Of a stretch of 64,000 nucleotides of DNA, positions 35,944 through 49,454 are shown piece by piece. This stretch comes from Octopus sinensis. Its lineage: Eukaryota. The stretch spans positions 35,898,001 through 35,962,000 of the forward strand of contig NC_043015.1 of the NCBI RefSeq assembly GCF_006345805.1, read 5' to 3'. The translations under genes and the position numbers were made by a program. Numbering within the stretch: position 1 is the stretch's first letter; every line of letters begins with the position of its first letter. Below the pieces are notes generated by a model. The model was given only the letters and a program-made list of their open reading frames with translations. It was not told the origin of the DNA and made no database searches.

Positions 35944-38890
35944 TTTGACGACGAGGTAGCAAGAATGACCACCAAATTCAAAGGCGACGACGAACAAAAG
36001 CTCGAAAACCTGGCTAATACAATCTACCAGGAAGGAGAGAAAAGATTTGGGCTGGGAACAACAGGGAAGGTAGAAACAACGGCAAAGAGCGGGCCATCGA
36101 GGAGAGAAAGACGGATAGCAAAGATTCGAGAAGAGAAGAAAAAACTCAGAACCAGATGGAGAGATGCAAAGGAGGGAGAAGGGCTAAAGCAGCTATATGA
36201 AGAGATAAAAAAGAGGCATCGAGACCTGCTAAGAAAACAAAGAAGGAGGAGCAGAAGAAAGGAGAGAGAAAAAAACTATCGTAGCTTTGTGAACAATCCC
36301 TGTCAATATGCGAAACATATATTTACTGAAAGTAAAAGCGGAAAATTGGATTGCACGAAAGAAGAGCTCGAACAACATCTGAAAGAGACATACAGCGACT
36401 CTGACAGAAATAAAGTACTCCCAGAAATGCACGGAAACCACCTGAACCAAGAGTACCATTTGGTCTGAGCGACATCAAACGGAAAGAAATGGATGAGTTC
36501 ATAAGGAAAGCAAGAGCGAAAAGTTCACCAGGGAACGATGGAGTGAGCTACAGGGTATATAAATATTGCCCGAAATTACGTTTGCAGCTGTTTGCACTGA
36601 TAAGAGAAATGTGGAAGAAGAAAGATGTAGCGGAGCGATGGTGTATAGCCGAAGGTATCTATCTACCTAAAGAAAAAGAGGCAAAAGTACTAGGTCAATT
36701 TAGACCGATTTCACTATTAAATACAGACGGGGGAAATCATGTTCGGAATAATTTCTAGACGAATCATAAGATTCGTACAGCATAACGGATACGTTAATGA
36801 AGCGATTCAAAAAGCAGGAATCCCCGGAATCCCTGGGTGCATAGAACACGCATTTTCCATCTGGGAAGCCATCACCTGTGCAAAACAAATGAGGAAAAAC
36901 ATGTATATTGTTTGGCTAGATCTTGCCAATGCTTATGGATCTGTTCCGCACGCAATAATAAAAACAGCGATGGACTTCTTTTGGATTCCAAAAGATGTTC
37001 AACGAATGCTCATGTCGTATTACGACAACCTGAAGATGAGATTTACAGCAGGAAAGTTCACAATGGAGTGGCAACGGCTTAAAATAAGTATTGCAGCCGG
37101 ATACACGATATCAATCATCTTATTAGTGCTAGTCATGGAAATGCTACTCAGATCTACAAACTGTGAGAAAGCTGTTACAAAGACACCATTAAGGGCTTTT
37201 ATGGACGACGTAACTATATTATCGGAAAGTAGAGAAGCAGCAGAGGGAACGTTAGAGCGGTTGGACGAACTGATAGGATGGGCAAGGATGAAATTCAAAG
37301 CCAAAAAATCTCGAAGCGTGGCTTTCGTGAAAGAAAGGCAAGAAGTGAAATTCAGGATAGGAAGTGAAGACATACCAACGGTGAAAAAACAACCAGTAAA
37401 GAGTCTCGGCAGATGGTATAGAGATTTACTAAATGATAAGAAGCAAGGGAAATAAACACACGAGTTAGTAGAACAAGGATTAAAGGCAATTGACAGAACA
37501 AAGCTGCCGGGAAAATTCAAATGTTGGATACTGCAATTTGGGCTGTACCCAAGAATAATGTGGCCATTGCAAATGTACGAAATAGCCTCGAGTAGAGTAG
37601 AAAGGATGGAGCAAAGATGCAGTGTGTTTATCAGAAAATGGCTTGGTCTACCGTAACCACTGAATACTGCACTATATGGAAAACCCGTGCTGCAACTACC
37701 AATAACATCAATCGCCGAAGAATATAAGGCAGGAAAGGCAAGGACAGTAATGATGCTAAGGTATTCAAAAGATCAGAGCATCCGGGAAAACCCTCCAAAG
37801 GTACGAACAGGGAGAAAATGGGAGGCAGAAGAGGCAGGAGAGGCAGTAAACAGGGTGATCGGAAAACTAAGGCACGCAGATATAGTCGGAGCGACGCAAG
37901 AAGCTAGAACCGGTCTAGGGTCGCAAAATTTCAGGCCATTCTGCAAGAGCAGTGTAAAGGAGATGAAAGAGGCAGTGGTATACGAAGTGAGAAAGGAGGA
38001 AGAAGGAAGGCGATATGTACATTTGGTGCAATGCAGTCAACAGGGACAGTGCCTGAGATGGGAGGAATATGTGATCAGCCGCAGAATATCATGGAGGGAA
38101 CTTTGGGCTTGGGAACAAGCAAGAACATCCTTCCTGATCAAGTCTACCTTCAACGTTCTACCCTCACCGGCGAACTTAGTCTGGTGGAACATAAAAACAA
38201 CCGATGAGCGTAGATACGGAGAGAAAGCGAGGGTTAGACACGTTCTGTCAAGTTGCAGACTAGCACATGAAAGATATACATGGCGGCATAATCAAGTCCT
38301 CGGCGTCATAAGTGCAGCACTCAAGGAGAAAATCGAAATGTACCACAGGGGAGAGTACCCAAAAGTAGAAAAGCGCAGGAAAGTATACTTCCACAAGGAG
38401 GAATAAGCTTATAAAACCAGGCCTACAAGTAAAGTATACGAGATGGACGAAAGATGGAAGGGATACTGGGAGCTGGCCACGGACTTGGAAAGAAAAGTAA
38501 TTTTCCCACTAATAAAAACAACAACAAAACCAGATTTAGTTCTATGGAACAGAGACTGGAGAATGGGAATTTTACTAGAACTGACAGTACCTTGGGAAGA
38601 GAACGTCGGCAATGCAGAGGAACGAAAGGAGAAGAGGTATGAAAAGCTAATCGAAGAATGCAGAGGACAGGGATGGAATGTCGAATATTATCACCTGGCA
38701 GTGGGGGCTAGGGGCTTCATTGAAAAGAAATGACAACGCTATTCAAAAGAAGATTTGTTTTTTCTAGCCCCGAGCTGCGTAAACTAACAAGGAGAGTACA
38801 GGAGGCGGTTGAAAAAGCCAGCTTCTATATATGGCTGAAGCGGGAAGACCGAAAATGGCTTGAAAATCATAAACACGCCGACAAGAAATA
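35944..38890 (+). pseudogene. RT plus restriction-like endonuclease ORF of the HERO-like element (disrupted)
   Basis: ORF pieces 35965-36468, 36489-36758, 36739-37455, 37687-38406, 38443-38733. In-frame TAA at 37453, 37654 and 38404; frameshifts near 36440, 36735 and 38725; knuckle cysteines read as R and Y (DERRYG..H....C). Confidence 0.9.
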
Positions 38891-39050
38891 ACATCATTAG
38901 GTGAGACAAGGTGACTGACAGGTGACCGTCATTTAGAAAAAGCGCGGGCTGAAACTACGCGCCTTCACTTGTCAGTTACGGTGAGACAGTGTCATATGAC
39001 AACTTACTGGGGCTGCCTGCTGACAGGTGACGGTCGTTTAGAAAAAGTGC
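35944..39050 (+). mobile_element. HERO-like RLE non-LTR retrotransposon, 5' truncated, recently decayed
   Basis: Single-ORF remnant: SSPGNDG, FRPISLLN, VWLDLANAYGSVPH, IAAGYTIS, RAFMDD, FKAKKSRS, IDRTKLPGKFK..LYPRIMWPL, RYTWRHNQVL, KPDLVLW...ELTVPWEE..ERKEKRY, VGARGF, EKASFYIWLKR. The AFMDD/RYTWRHNQVL/ELTVPWEE combination resembles HERO/NeSL-group elements. Confidence 0.85.
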
Positions 39051-39753
39051 TGTGTGCGTATGGGGGGTATGTGTGTATGTGTGTATATGTTTGTGAGTGT
39101 TATGTTGGTAAGGGTGGTTTATACGCACACCTCAGTATATATGTGTGTGTGTGTGTGTGTGTCTCTGTGTATGTTTGCAGAGTGTTATAATTCTCTGGGT
39201 GGTTGTGTGTGTGCATACGTATGTGGGTGGGGGTGCATATGTATGTGTGTGTGTGTGAGTATGTATGTGTATGTGAGTGTGTTGTATCTGTCAGGAGCTC
39301 TCTGTGTGTCGCTGTGTCTTACTTTTATCAGGGTGGTGAGTATGTGTGTGCATGTGTGTGCGTGTATGTACTGTGCGTGTTTGCACTGAGTATGCGCTTA
39401 AGTTTGTGTACATGTGTGTATGGTTTATATAGTTTTCAGGTTCGTATACATGTTTGTGTTCTATATTTGTTGTGGTGAAGAGTATGTGTGTGTGTGTGTG
39501 TGTGTGCGTGTGCATGCATGTGTGTGTATGTGTATGTTATTTTTCTGTATGGTGTGTGTATATGTTTGGGTGTATATTTGTGAGTGCTTTATTTGTATTG
39601 TTTACACAGTGTGTGTGAGTGTGTATTGTAATTGTCAGGGTGTTGTATTTAAGTGTGTGCAAGTTCGTATTTATGTATGAGGTATGTGTGTGCGTCTGTG
39701 AGTGTTTGTTGTGACTGCTAGAATCCTATTGCATGTGTATGTGTTTTCTTCGA

Positions 39754-39787
<34 letters not shown>

Positions 39788-39880
39788 ATGCTCGAGAGTG
39801 GGGATATTGTGTTCGTGCGTGTGTGTTTGTGTGTGTAGGGGGCTGAATTGTATTCGTGTGCGTGTTTTTAATTTATGAGG
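39051..39880. repeat. Degenerate (TG)n low-complexity tract
   Basis: Direct reading. Confidence 0.9.
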
Positions 39881-40345
39881 TTTTGTCCGAGAAACCGTCA
39901 TGAGTTCATAGCTTCTACAATTAACCCATCACCCGGTTTAATACTCCAATCCAAGCATCTGCGACCTGAAATTGAATTCTATAGACAGAAAACATTTGGA
40001 CCTGGCTTTCTCTTTAAAAACGCCAAATGAGTCTCGGAGGTCCCGACGAATGTCAAGGTCCCACCTCTACTCCCACCAAATATATAACAAAGATCTCTTA
40101 TTGTTTCATACTTCAAACCAGTTACTAGATTCCTTTAAAGGCCACAATCTTACATTCGAATTTAAATCCCTTTCCTCCTTTTGTTAGGTGGCTCTAAAGA
40201 ATGAAGGTCTTGAGTGGGTGTTTTATATTAATAATCCCCGTCATTAAAACTATATATCTAGTTATGAAACACTCATAAGAGCGCCTGGCTGATGTCTCTA
40301 GCAGTTAGCATATATATATATGTGTGTGTGACAACCAGGTGCGTG

Positions 40346-40392
<47 letters not shown>

Positions 40393-41892
40393 ATACATAC
40401 ATATGTAATATAATTAATATATATATATGCATATATATATATACATATATATATACATACCTACATATATATGTATATATACATGCATATATGGGTACAG
40501 GACAAAAACAGCAGACAGAATAAGAAACAAAGACATAAAAAAACAAAAAACATAGAAAACGAACTTTTTTTAAACAACGAAAAGAAACAAAAAAAAACAG
40601 AGAAGCACAACACACACAGACACACACACACACACACACACACACACATTATATATGTATATTAGTTTCTTCCGCTACACTGCGTTCAAAATCTGGCAAG
40701 ACTTATTTGTAATTAAATTCTTTGTATTGAAACAATTACAGAACTAAACGATACAAGATACCATGAAAAAGGGCGGCTACCGACAGCCGCATATGTTGAG
40801 CATCCTTTTGGTTCTGTCCAATATGGTTGAATAGATTTACCGAAAACTCAAAGCATTGCTATGATACTTGTGATACAACCACCATATGATTCTGTGCGCC
40901 CGTTTCGGACGGTGAATCTGCGTTACTTTTTAATCGTTTGCCATTATCGTTGTTCAAGCCCGGAAACTAATTGATAAGTCTTTCACTAGCACTCACTATA
41001 GACGTTTAGTCATCCGTCTAAAATACTCGTCTATCCTCAATGTATAATGCTCAGATACATATTGTTTACAATTAGAAGTCTCTTAACGTTTAGCAATAAT
41101 TTCAGTATTTCCCATATCGAGGTGCATTGTCCAAACGATTTTTGATAGCGAATCAGATAAAGGTTTCATTCAATTTTATCAAAAACATAGTTCCCTGTCG
41201 CCATCTGAAATCGAATGTTCATGGAATATATCTGACTGGAACTCGACGACATTTCTTCTCGAATAAATTCGAACGAACTCTGTAACAGAAGAAGGAACAA
41301 ACATAAAGATTCAAACCAGAATATATTTACTTCGTATTAAACTTCAAATATGAATGATTCAACGATTTGCTTTGCGAAAATAAATCTCTAAACTACTACA
41401 AAATTTTAAGAGAACCTAACAAGCATAACAAACACCAAATTAATATATTTCCACAATTCCAATTATTATTCCGCAACAATAGTCACGTCATATTGGTAAA
41501 GAGAAGAGAAAATGACTTGACAGTTTTACTGAAATCATTCACCACAATACAACATCTTTTACAGGTCAAATTACTGACCGACATTGTCGTTTTTACTAAT
41601 TTTACTTTTCATGTTGCGTCTGATTTGCTTTGATTATAATATTAGTTTTTTTCCTTAATTTTAAATCTGAATTGAATTTGCATTCATTTGAATATATTTT
41701 ATTTGGTCAGCGTATATGTACATAAGTATATATACATCTTGTAAATAGCTCAGTGTCTCTAATAAAAGGCAACGAACGAAATATTTTTCATAAACATACA
41801 CAGCAACTATTCTCTGATTTCCGCTATGGCTGTCATTCTTTGCCAAAGTTCGTTTTCTATGTCTTTCGCTTCCTATTCTGTCTCTCTTTAGT

Positions 41893-41924
<32 letters not shown>

Positions 41925-41986
41925 GTTTAGTTTCAGTCTTTGATATCCTCCTCTCACAAGGCTTTCGTCGATTTCGGAGTTAGAGT

Positions 41987-42022
<36 letters not shown>

Positions 42023-44132
42023 AGAGGAGGAGGAGAAGGTGAAGGAAAGGGCGGGAACCTATTGAGCGTCATTTAACAGATGAAGGAACAATTCATATTC
42101 AAAATTAAATTTAAATAATCTTATAATTCCAATCTATAATCTCAGTTCAAACGTTTCGCTGTATTTCAAGAAGAAAAAAGCCAAGGAAGAATAACTCCTG
42201 CTGAACTCAGTCATTTTGGAACTGCCTCTGGTCTTATGACCTTCAGATCTACCGCGAACTGATAAATAAATAGATACAAAATGAGAGAGAGAGAGAGAGA
42301 GGGGGGGAGAATGTGAGTGTGTCTGTGTGTCTGTGTGTCGGTGTGATGGGAAGTGGAAGGGCGAGGTGAGCACTGAAGTTTACGGAGGAATCATTCGCTT
42401 TTCATTAGTTTCTGTTTATCCACTGAAATAGATTCTCAACTGAAATAGGAAAGAAATAAATAAATCAAATCTCAACAACAACAACAACAACAACATATAA
42501 GTTATAAAATATGGACTCGAAATAAAAGGAACTTTTAAAACATGGCCGCCTGTCTTCAGTCTGTAATCACGTTTCTTGTGGAGATGTTGTTTCCTCTGAT
42601 TATTACTTAAAGTTACTAGCCGTCCCCTATCACAGATTTAACCTCTCTTCTCTGTCATGGTTGAGTGAACGAAATCAAATGTAATATTTAGCGTATGTTA
42701 CCAGTGAATCTGTCTTTTTAAGCTGGACAGAGAGAAAGAAATGCAAAAAGATAGAGAGAGGAAGAGGAAGGACACACAGGTAGAAATGGAGGGAGGGAAT
42801 ATTGGAGAGAAGCGGATAGAGAGGAGAAAGGTGGTATAGATATATATGGAGTGAGTATTAGAGAGATAGAGACAGAAAGAGAGTGGGAGAGAGAAAGAGG
42901 CAGAACGAGGGGAGGAAATCACTGGTTGAATAGCTTGGACTTCAATTAATGGTTTCTTACTTTTATTGTGTCTCTCCATTTTACGATATGAAAATTGAAA
43001 GGTGTCTCTCTCGATGAAGTATAGAAAATTATCTGGTCGTAATGGTGATATTTTGATTACTATGTATCAATGCAGCTTTAAGATAAAATTCTTCAAATTG
43101 GCCAATGGCTTAAGATTGTGAAAAGCGATAAATATATATAAAGTAAAATAGCAACGAATATCCAAAGCGACTTTAGCGAAATTTTAGGTCTGAGAAAATC
43201 ACAGTCCGAAACATTGAATGGCTTACGCTAAATGCTATCCATACGAAGACATAAAGTGGCCTTACAACACGATTTTATTCACCTCTGTCAACACGTTTCC
43301 TACGCAACGCCATAAATTTAGAACTTAAATGAATGCAATTTGTTTCTTGTGTTCGATAGTCTATATTTCCGGTCATAAAGGAGGTAATTGAATATAGCAT
43401 AAAAGACAATAAATAGTTAGATTGTTCCAAATAAAAACTTGGTTACTTGGTACCCAATTTTCTTAAGAGAAATATTATTTCTATACTCTTATGGATTTAT
43501 ACGGCGAACACAGTTAAGCGAGTGGCATAAAAATTTGTGAGGTGAACATTTTAAAATTCTTATTACACTTCTTTTTTTTTCTCTCTTTTTGGTTGATACC
43601 TGTTCTTCTCCAAATCACCGCAAATATTGGAAATGCTTGAATGTTATTGAATATCAGTCAACCCCGATTGGAATTTTCTGATTCTTCTTTTCAATCCAAA
43701 ATTCTCAGTCATTGATCAGCCCGTTTACAATGATGGAGCAATCGAATATAAACCAACATTATGTCTCAAAGAAAATATTCCAAAGAAGTTTCTTATATTT
43801 TAGCCTAAAACAATTCAAAGTTTTACGCAGGCAAAATAATCATTACAAATAGTTGAGCAATTAAGAATATCTAAGTGATTAGTAAGCGGAAACTCACTCC
43901 CAGTCGACTGAAATCTTGAGACATCAAGCAACGGTTGTTTCTTTAATCAGAGCAGTCATTCGAAATTGGTGACTGATGAAAAGCTGGAATGGATCTGGTT
44001 TTTAAATTCACCAGGTAAAAGCGGTGGATATATATCGGTCATCATATACCTCGTTAGAGCACACACACACACACATACACACTCACGCACACACATACAC
44101 ACACGTATATTCATATACAGAAAAACACAACA

Positions 44133-44186
<54 letters not shown>

Positions 44187-44215
44187 TATATACAAACACA
44201 CTCACACACACATAG

Positions 44216-44247
<32 letters not shown>

Positions 44248-44481
44248 GCATGTATATAGATATGTATATATATATGTATATGCATACATGTATGTATATG
44301 TGTGTGTACACACATAAGCGCGCACACACACACATATGTTTATTTCCTCATGATCCTTTCTGTTGAAGATCGTAGGCTCCAAACGGTAAAGACTTTCTCA
44401 CCTTTCCGAGCATCAAACTAATACACCTGTTTGTTGTTCATACACCTGTCTTCGTCTTTTGTTTTTCTGTAACTTTCAACT

Positions 44482-44565
<84 letters not shown>

Positions 44566-45285
44566 ATATACGTGTATGTACATATATATGCATTTATTCA
44601 CAGCCCTTAGTCCTGCAAAATTTTTTGGCTATTATTGGCTACGAAACAAAAGGTGCTTTTCTTACACTGGTTTGTTGCAAACCCTAAATTGTTTGTAAGG
44701 ACATACACTCTCAATTATCGGATGCTTTCCGTGCTATAGCTCTTGCTTCTTGATTTTGGATTAAGGATGATGATGATATTAAGATGTTAATATTGGTATT
44801 ATTATTGTTAGTAGTAGTAGTAGTAGTAGCCGCAACAACTGCAGCAGCAGCAGTAGTAAGAATACCATTGAGAGATTATGGAGAGCAGTCAGATAAATAA
44901 AGAAGTCAAGAAAGATTCATGTGAAGTTTGTCAGCGATTTGAATAATTCTGGTAAAAGAAGGGACGGGTTGGGTGGGGGTAGAAGGAATAAAGCACAATG
45001 ATAAGAAAAAAATTAATAAAAAGCGGTACAAAAAAAAAAGAGGGAGAAAAGTTGGTTCCCCAATGTTGAATGTTGAACGTTAAAGAAAAGTGACTGCGTT
45101 ACTGGGAGCAAAAACAGGGAGCGAAATTGAAGGGACACTGGAGAAATATAGTTGGGAATATTACAATATGGCGGATCTGTTTATCTCTTTCTCTTTCTTT
45201 ATATTTATCTCGCTTTCTTTCCTTCCTTCTCTCTCTCTCTCTCTCAAACACACTTTGGTTGAACAGAAAAGAGCCCTCACCCGGA

Positions 45286-45347
<62 letters not shown>

Positions 45348-45420
45348 TATGTATGTATGTATATGTATATGCATGTGTATATATATATATACATATATAT
45401 ACATATACATATATACATAT

Positions 45421-45456
<36 letters not shown>

Positions 45457-45481
45457 CATACATACATATACATATACATAC

Positions 45482-45530
<49 letters not shown>

Positions 45531-46046
45531 TACATATGTACATACAAACACTCACACATATACACACATGCATGTGTGCGTGCCTGTATACATACTTCTT
45601 TACACACGTACACTCGCGTGCGCGCACATACGCACACATGTATATATGGGTAGAGAAAGAGAGAGCGGGAGAGGGAGAGAGAGAATGACAGAAAATAGAA
45701 AACACGCTTACATTGAGAATAAGCGATGTCGATCAATAAACAAATATACACACGTGTATGTTTGTATGTGTGTGTGTGTTTATTATATATGTATGTTTGT
45801 ATGTATATATGAAGTTATGTGTGTGTGTGTGTTTACGTATTATGCAAACATATATGTATGTTTGTTCATGTAGATATATGTTAGAGAATTATGGCGTTAC
45901 AGAGAGAGATTCACGAAAGGAAAGTGCGTAGATAGGAGGACAGACACTGAGAAAAGTGGGAAGGAAAAAAAAACATTCATGTATATCTCTTCCTGTCTGT
46001 CTGTCTGCGTGTGTGTCTGTCTGTGTATCTGTATCTGCCTGTCTGT

Positions 46047-46124
<78 letters not shown>

Positions 46125-46594
46125 AAGAGACAGAGGGACTAGGTATAAATATAAAGAAGGCACCAAGCATCATCATGGACGGACAGAAAAGCGTCTGCCT
46201 CAAAACGAAGCTGAATTTGTAGAAGCAGTCAAACATGACTTGGAACGAATTAGATTTGAGATGATGGAAAAAAGGTTAAAAAAAAGATGGAAAATGGGTT
46301 GGTTTAAAAAATTGGAGAGTGATGAGTAAACGAAAAAAAATCACGAATTGAAAGAGAAGAATATAAGAGAGGACATGGAGAAAGAAAATGGATGAGGGAA
46401 GATATTGGAGGTGAGCTGGAGGTTGAAAAAAGAAAGGATATTTTAAAACAAATCTGTTGAAAAGGTGCAGATCACATGATTTGTCATTTTAAACAGATGT
46501 TAGGGAGTCACTTCAGAGTAAATATTCATCTGTGAGAATGTATGTATGTATGTATGTATGTATGTATGTATGTATGTATGTATGTATGTATCTG

Positions 46595-46646
<52 letters not shown>

Positions 46647-47630
46647 TATGAATGCATATATATGTGTATTATATAAACATATACATACATATTTATATAT
46701 ATATTTAAAATACATTTATGTATATGTGTATGTATGTATGTATCTTTCTATTCATCTATCAAACCATATGCGCGCGTGTGTGTGTGTGCTTCAATTGAAG
46801 TGTGTGTGTATGTGAGGGCACTTATGTGAGCGCATATGCATCTATGTAAGTCTCTGTAACAAGAATATCCGGCAACAAGATAAAATAGTGCAAAACATTT
46901 TATAATGAAATGTGTCAGGTGCCGAGTTTTCACAAAACTCCTGATGCTAAAGGCGTCAATAAACAAATCTATTCTCAATATTTTGCTGAAATACTACCAA
47001 GTCTAAGCAGTATTAGTGTAACAATACAATTGCTGTCCCCGCTACCACTGCTACTGCTGCTGCTACTACTACTACACTTGACGTATTGTCTTTTCAGTTT
47101 GTGTTTGTTTCTGCTGGAATTGTCGCTGCCAATGTTACTTCAGTTGCCATATCTGCGGCTTATACTACAATATTTAAGTATGTTACATAGGTATATGCAT
47201 AAAGATTCGGAATGTTAGCATTAAAAAAGAAACAAACTTCACCAACAATGATCATTATCACACCTTTGGAATCTATGTCCGTTTCTTTATAATCGACTCT
47301 ATGAAACCCTGTGTAGGGCAAAGTAAACAAATTGAGCAAACTGTGTTCAGCTGACGAGAACAAGCTGATACGAACAAAACATAAGTCTATGTGTGAACTT
47401 AGCCGGAAGCGCTGCTAAGAATGAAAATATAACTGATGATGTAGAAGAAGAAGAGCGTAAATCCCAACAGGAATGAATGGCTTCATACCTAACGCGTCTT
47501 GATTGATTCAAAAGTGTAAAGTTGCTTGCTGTTGAGAACGTCTAAGTAGATCAGGGATTCTCGGATGACGAGAAACAGTGTAGATCAGATATCTACGTTC
47601 GAATCTACCAGAATATATTGATTTAAAATT

Positions 47631-47855
47631 TGGTACAAGGCCAGCAATTTTGAGGGAAGGTTTTAATCGATTTCATCAAACCCCAGTGTTCAACTGGTAC
47701 CATTTCATCGATCCCGAAGGGATGAAGGGCAAAGTCTACCTCGGCTGCATTTGACCTTAGAACGGTCGATATAATAATTACCAGCTGAGTACTGGGTTCG
47801 TTGCAATCGACTATCCCTGTTACCCCAAATTTCAGGCCTTGTGCCTATAGTAGAA
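47631..47855. mobile_element. Two 5'-truncated family A SINEs back to back (- 47631-47764, + 47765-47855)
   Basis: Both match the SINE body and tail in opposite orientations. Confidence 0.75.
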
Positions 47856-47889
47856 ATATTATTATTATTATTGTTGTTATTATTTACAT

Positions 47890-49408
47890 CTTTGATGCAA
47901 TCTCATGCCTGGACATACCCATCTCCCTAGAACAACTGAATGTTAAGAGATGTTGAAATATCGCTGAAAGTTTGGCGAGGGCAGTAGAGAAATATCTCCA
48001 TATAATGCAACGCAAACATTCAAATTGATAGGGTTTTTCTAAGAATGTGGACAGTATTGGTCAGCACAATCTTTTGGACTTCTTTGAGACATGGTTGTAT
48101 TGGGATGTCGCCTAAATGCTTCTGGAATCCCTTTTTTTATCACACATAGGGTACCAAAAATAATAAGAATAGTTTTTATTTTAAGATTTCACATCTTTTG
48201 CTATTCAATTTCCAGGTCCTTGTTTTCCCTAAGTTTGTCAATTTCCATTACTGATATATTCTTATTAGTGGGAACAATTACAACTATTAGTTTGCAAGCA
48301 TTTTCTTCCCCATACATTTAATAATTATGTCTGGTCGATTAGCCTTGATCGTTCTGTCAGTGCTGACTGGAAAATCTCTGAGGATGGTGACGTTTTAACC
48401 TTCAACAACTGACTCAGGATTACGTTCAAACCAGTAAGCAGGATTACCGATTTTATAATGTTTACATATTTTCAAATGTAAACACTGTGCTATCTCTATC
48501 GTGACGATTTTTCCATTCGTTTGGTGTCAGCATGGGACATCCCCAAAGGAGTCTAATGTGTCAAATGTGTCACAAAATTTTCTTTTAAGGTCAGTACCGT
48601 TTTTTTTGAGAACGTAATTTCTCTTAAGCAAGATTTGATCTTGTACTGCCAGTATGAAGCCTTCAGTCTCAGCTTTCAATTCAGAGCTCCTCAGCCACTG
48701 TTAAGATGCTGCTTGGTTTATATCAGCCTTTTAGCTTCGGAGGGCATATTGTCCAAGGAGGGGCTTCTGGCCCCGACGCTTCTGAATTTTAGTTTTGTCT
48801 GTTCTTTTTTGCAGCTTGCTTGATTCATTTTGCTTGCAGTAATTTCAAGCTCTTCACCTAATTCAGGGTCAATGCCAAGATCCCTTTCGAAATTATAATC
48901 TCCGTACTAGATAAGTACTTGTTCATTCCTATAAAGGAGCTCTTACACACACACCACCACTGCTTCTAGATAGATACAGACGGTCTACTATTGCCTTAGG
49001 GTAGTGCATGTTCTTGGATGTCAATACTTTTCTTGTTTTCCTGTTTGGGCGTTGGAGTCTCGTAGGATTTCAGTTAATGATGTTAAAACTGTACTGGATT
49101 CTTAGAACTGCCAGAGCGCTAATGGATTCGATGCAGATTTTAGAGTTGAGTTCAGTCTTCAGTACAAGTCTTATTCTGCTATAGTACTCCCTTTTAAAAT
49201 TTTTTCCTTCATTGTAGCCTTTGTTTATTTCTAAGTATTAGCAATTTTCTTGTGGTGGTGTTGATATTTAATTTCATGGAAACTGTTTGTCTTCCCAAAA
49301 GTTGCTTTAGCAAAATTGTCGAGTCCAAAGTACATTCTGATGTCATTGCTAAGCCCTTCGATAGTTGTTAACAGCCCTTCAAATCCTTGGTCATTCCTTA
49401 CAACATTG
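47890..49408 (-). mobile_element. R4/Dong-like fragment from late RT to 3' UTR
   Basis: Minus strand: NDQGFEGLLTTIEGLSNDIRMYFGL, EYYSRIRLVLKTELNSKICIESISALAV, MHYPKAIVDRLYL, ANRPDII, TVHILRKTL; (AAT)n tail at 47857-47886. Confidence 0.85.
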
Positions 49409-49454
49409 AAAAGTAAAGAAATAAAATAAAAGGAGGAAAGAAAAGAAAATTCAC

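Noticed and set aside
37020-37520. 166-aa antisense ORF over the RT
   Set aside because: Shadow frame of the HERO-like ORF; no independent evidence.
47344-47398. CTGACGA...GAAC with GTTCA/TGAAC closure
   Set aside because: GAAC instead of GAAA and no convincing stem II or III.
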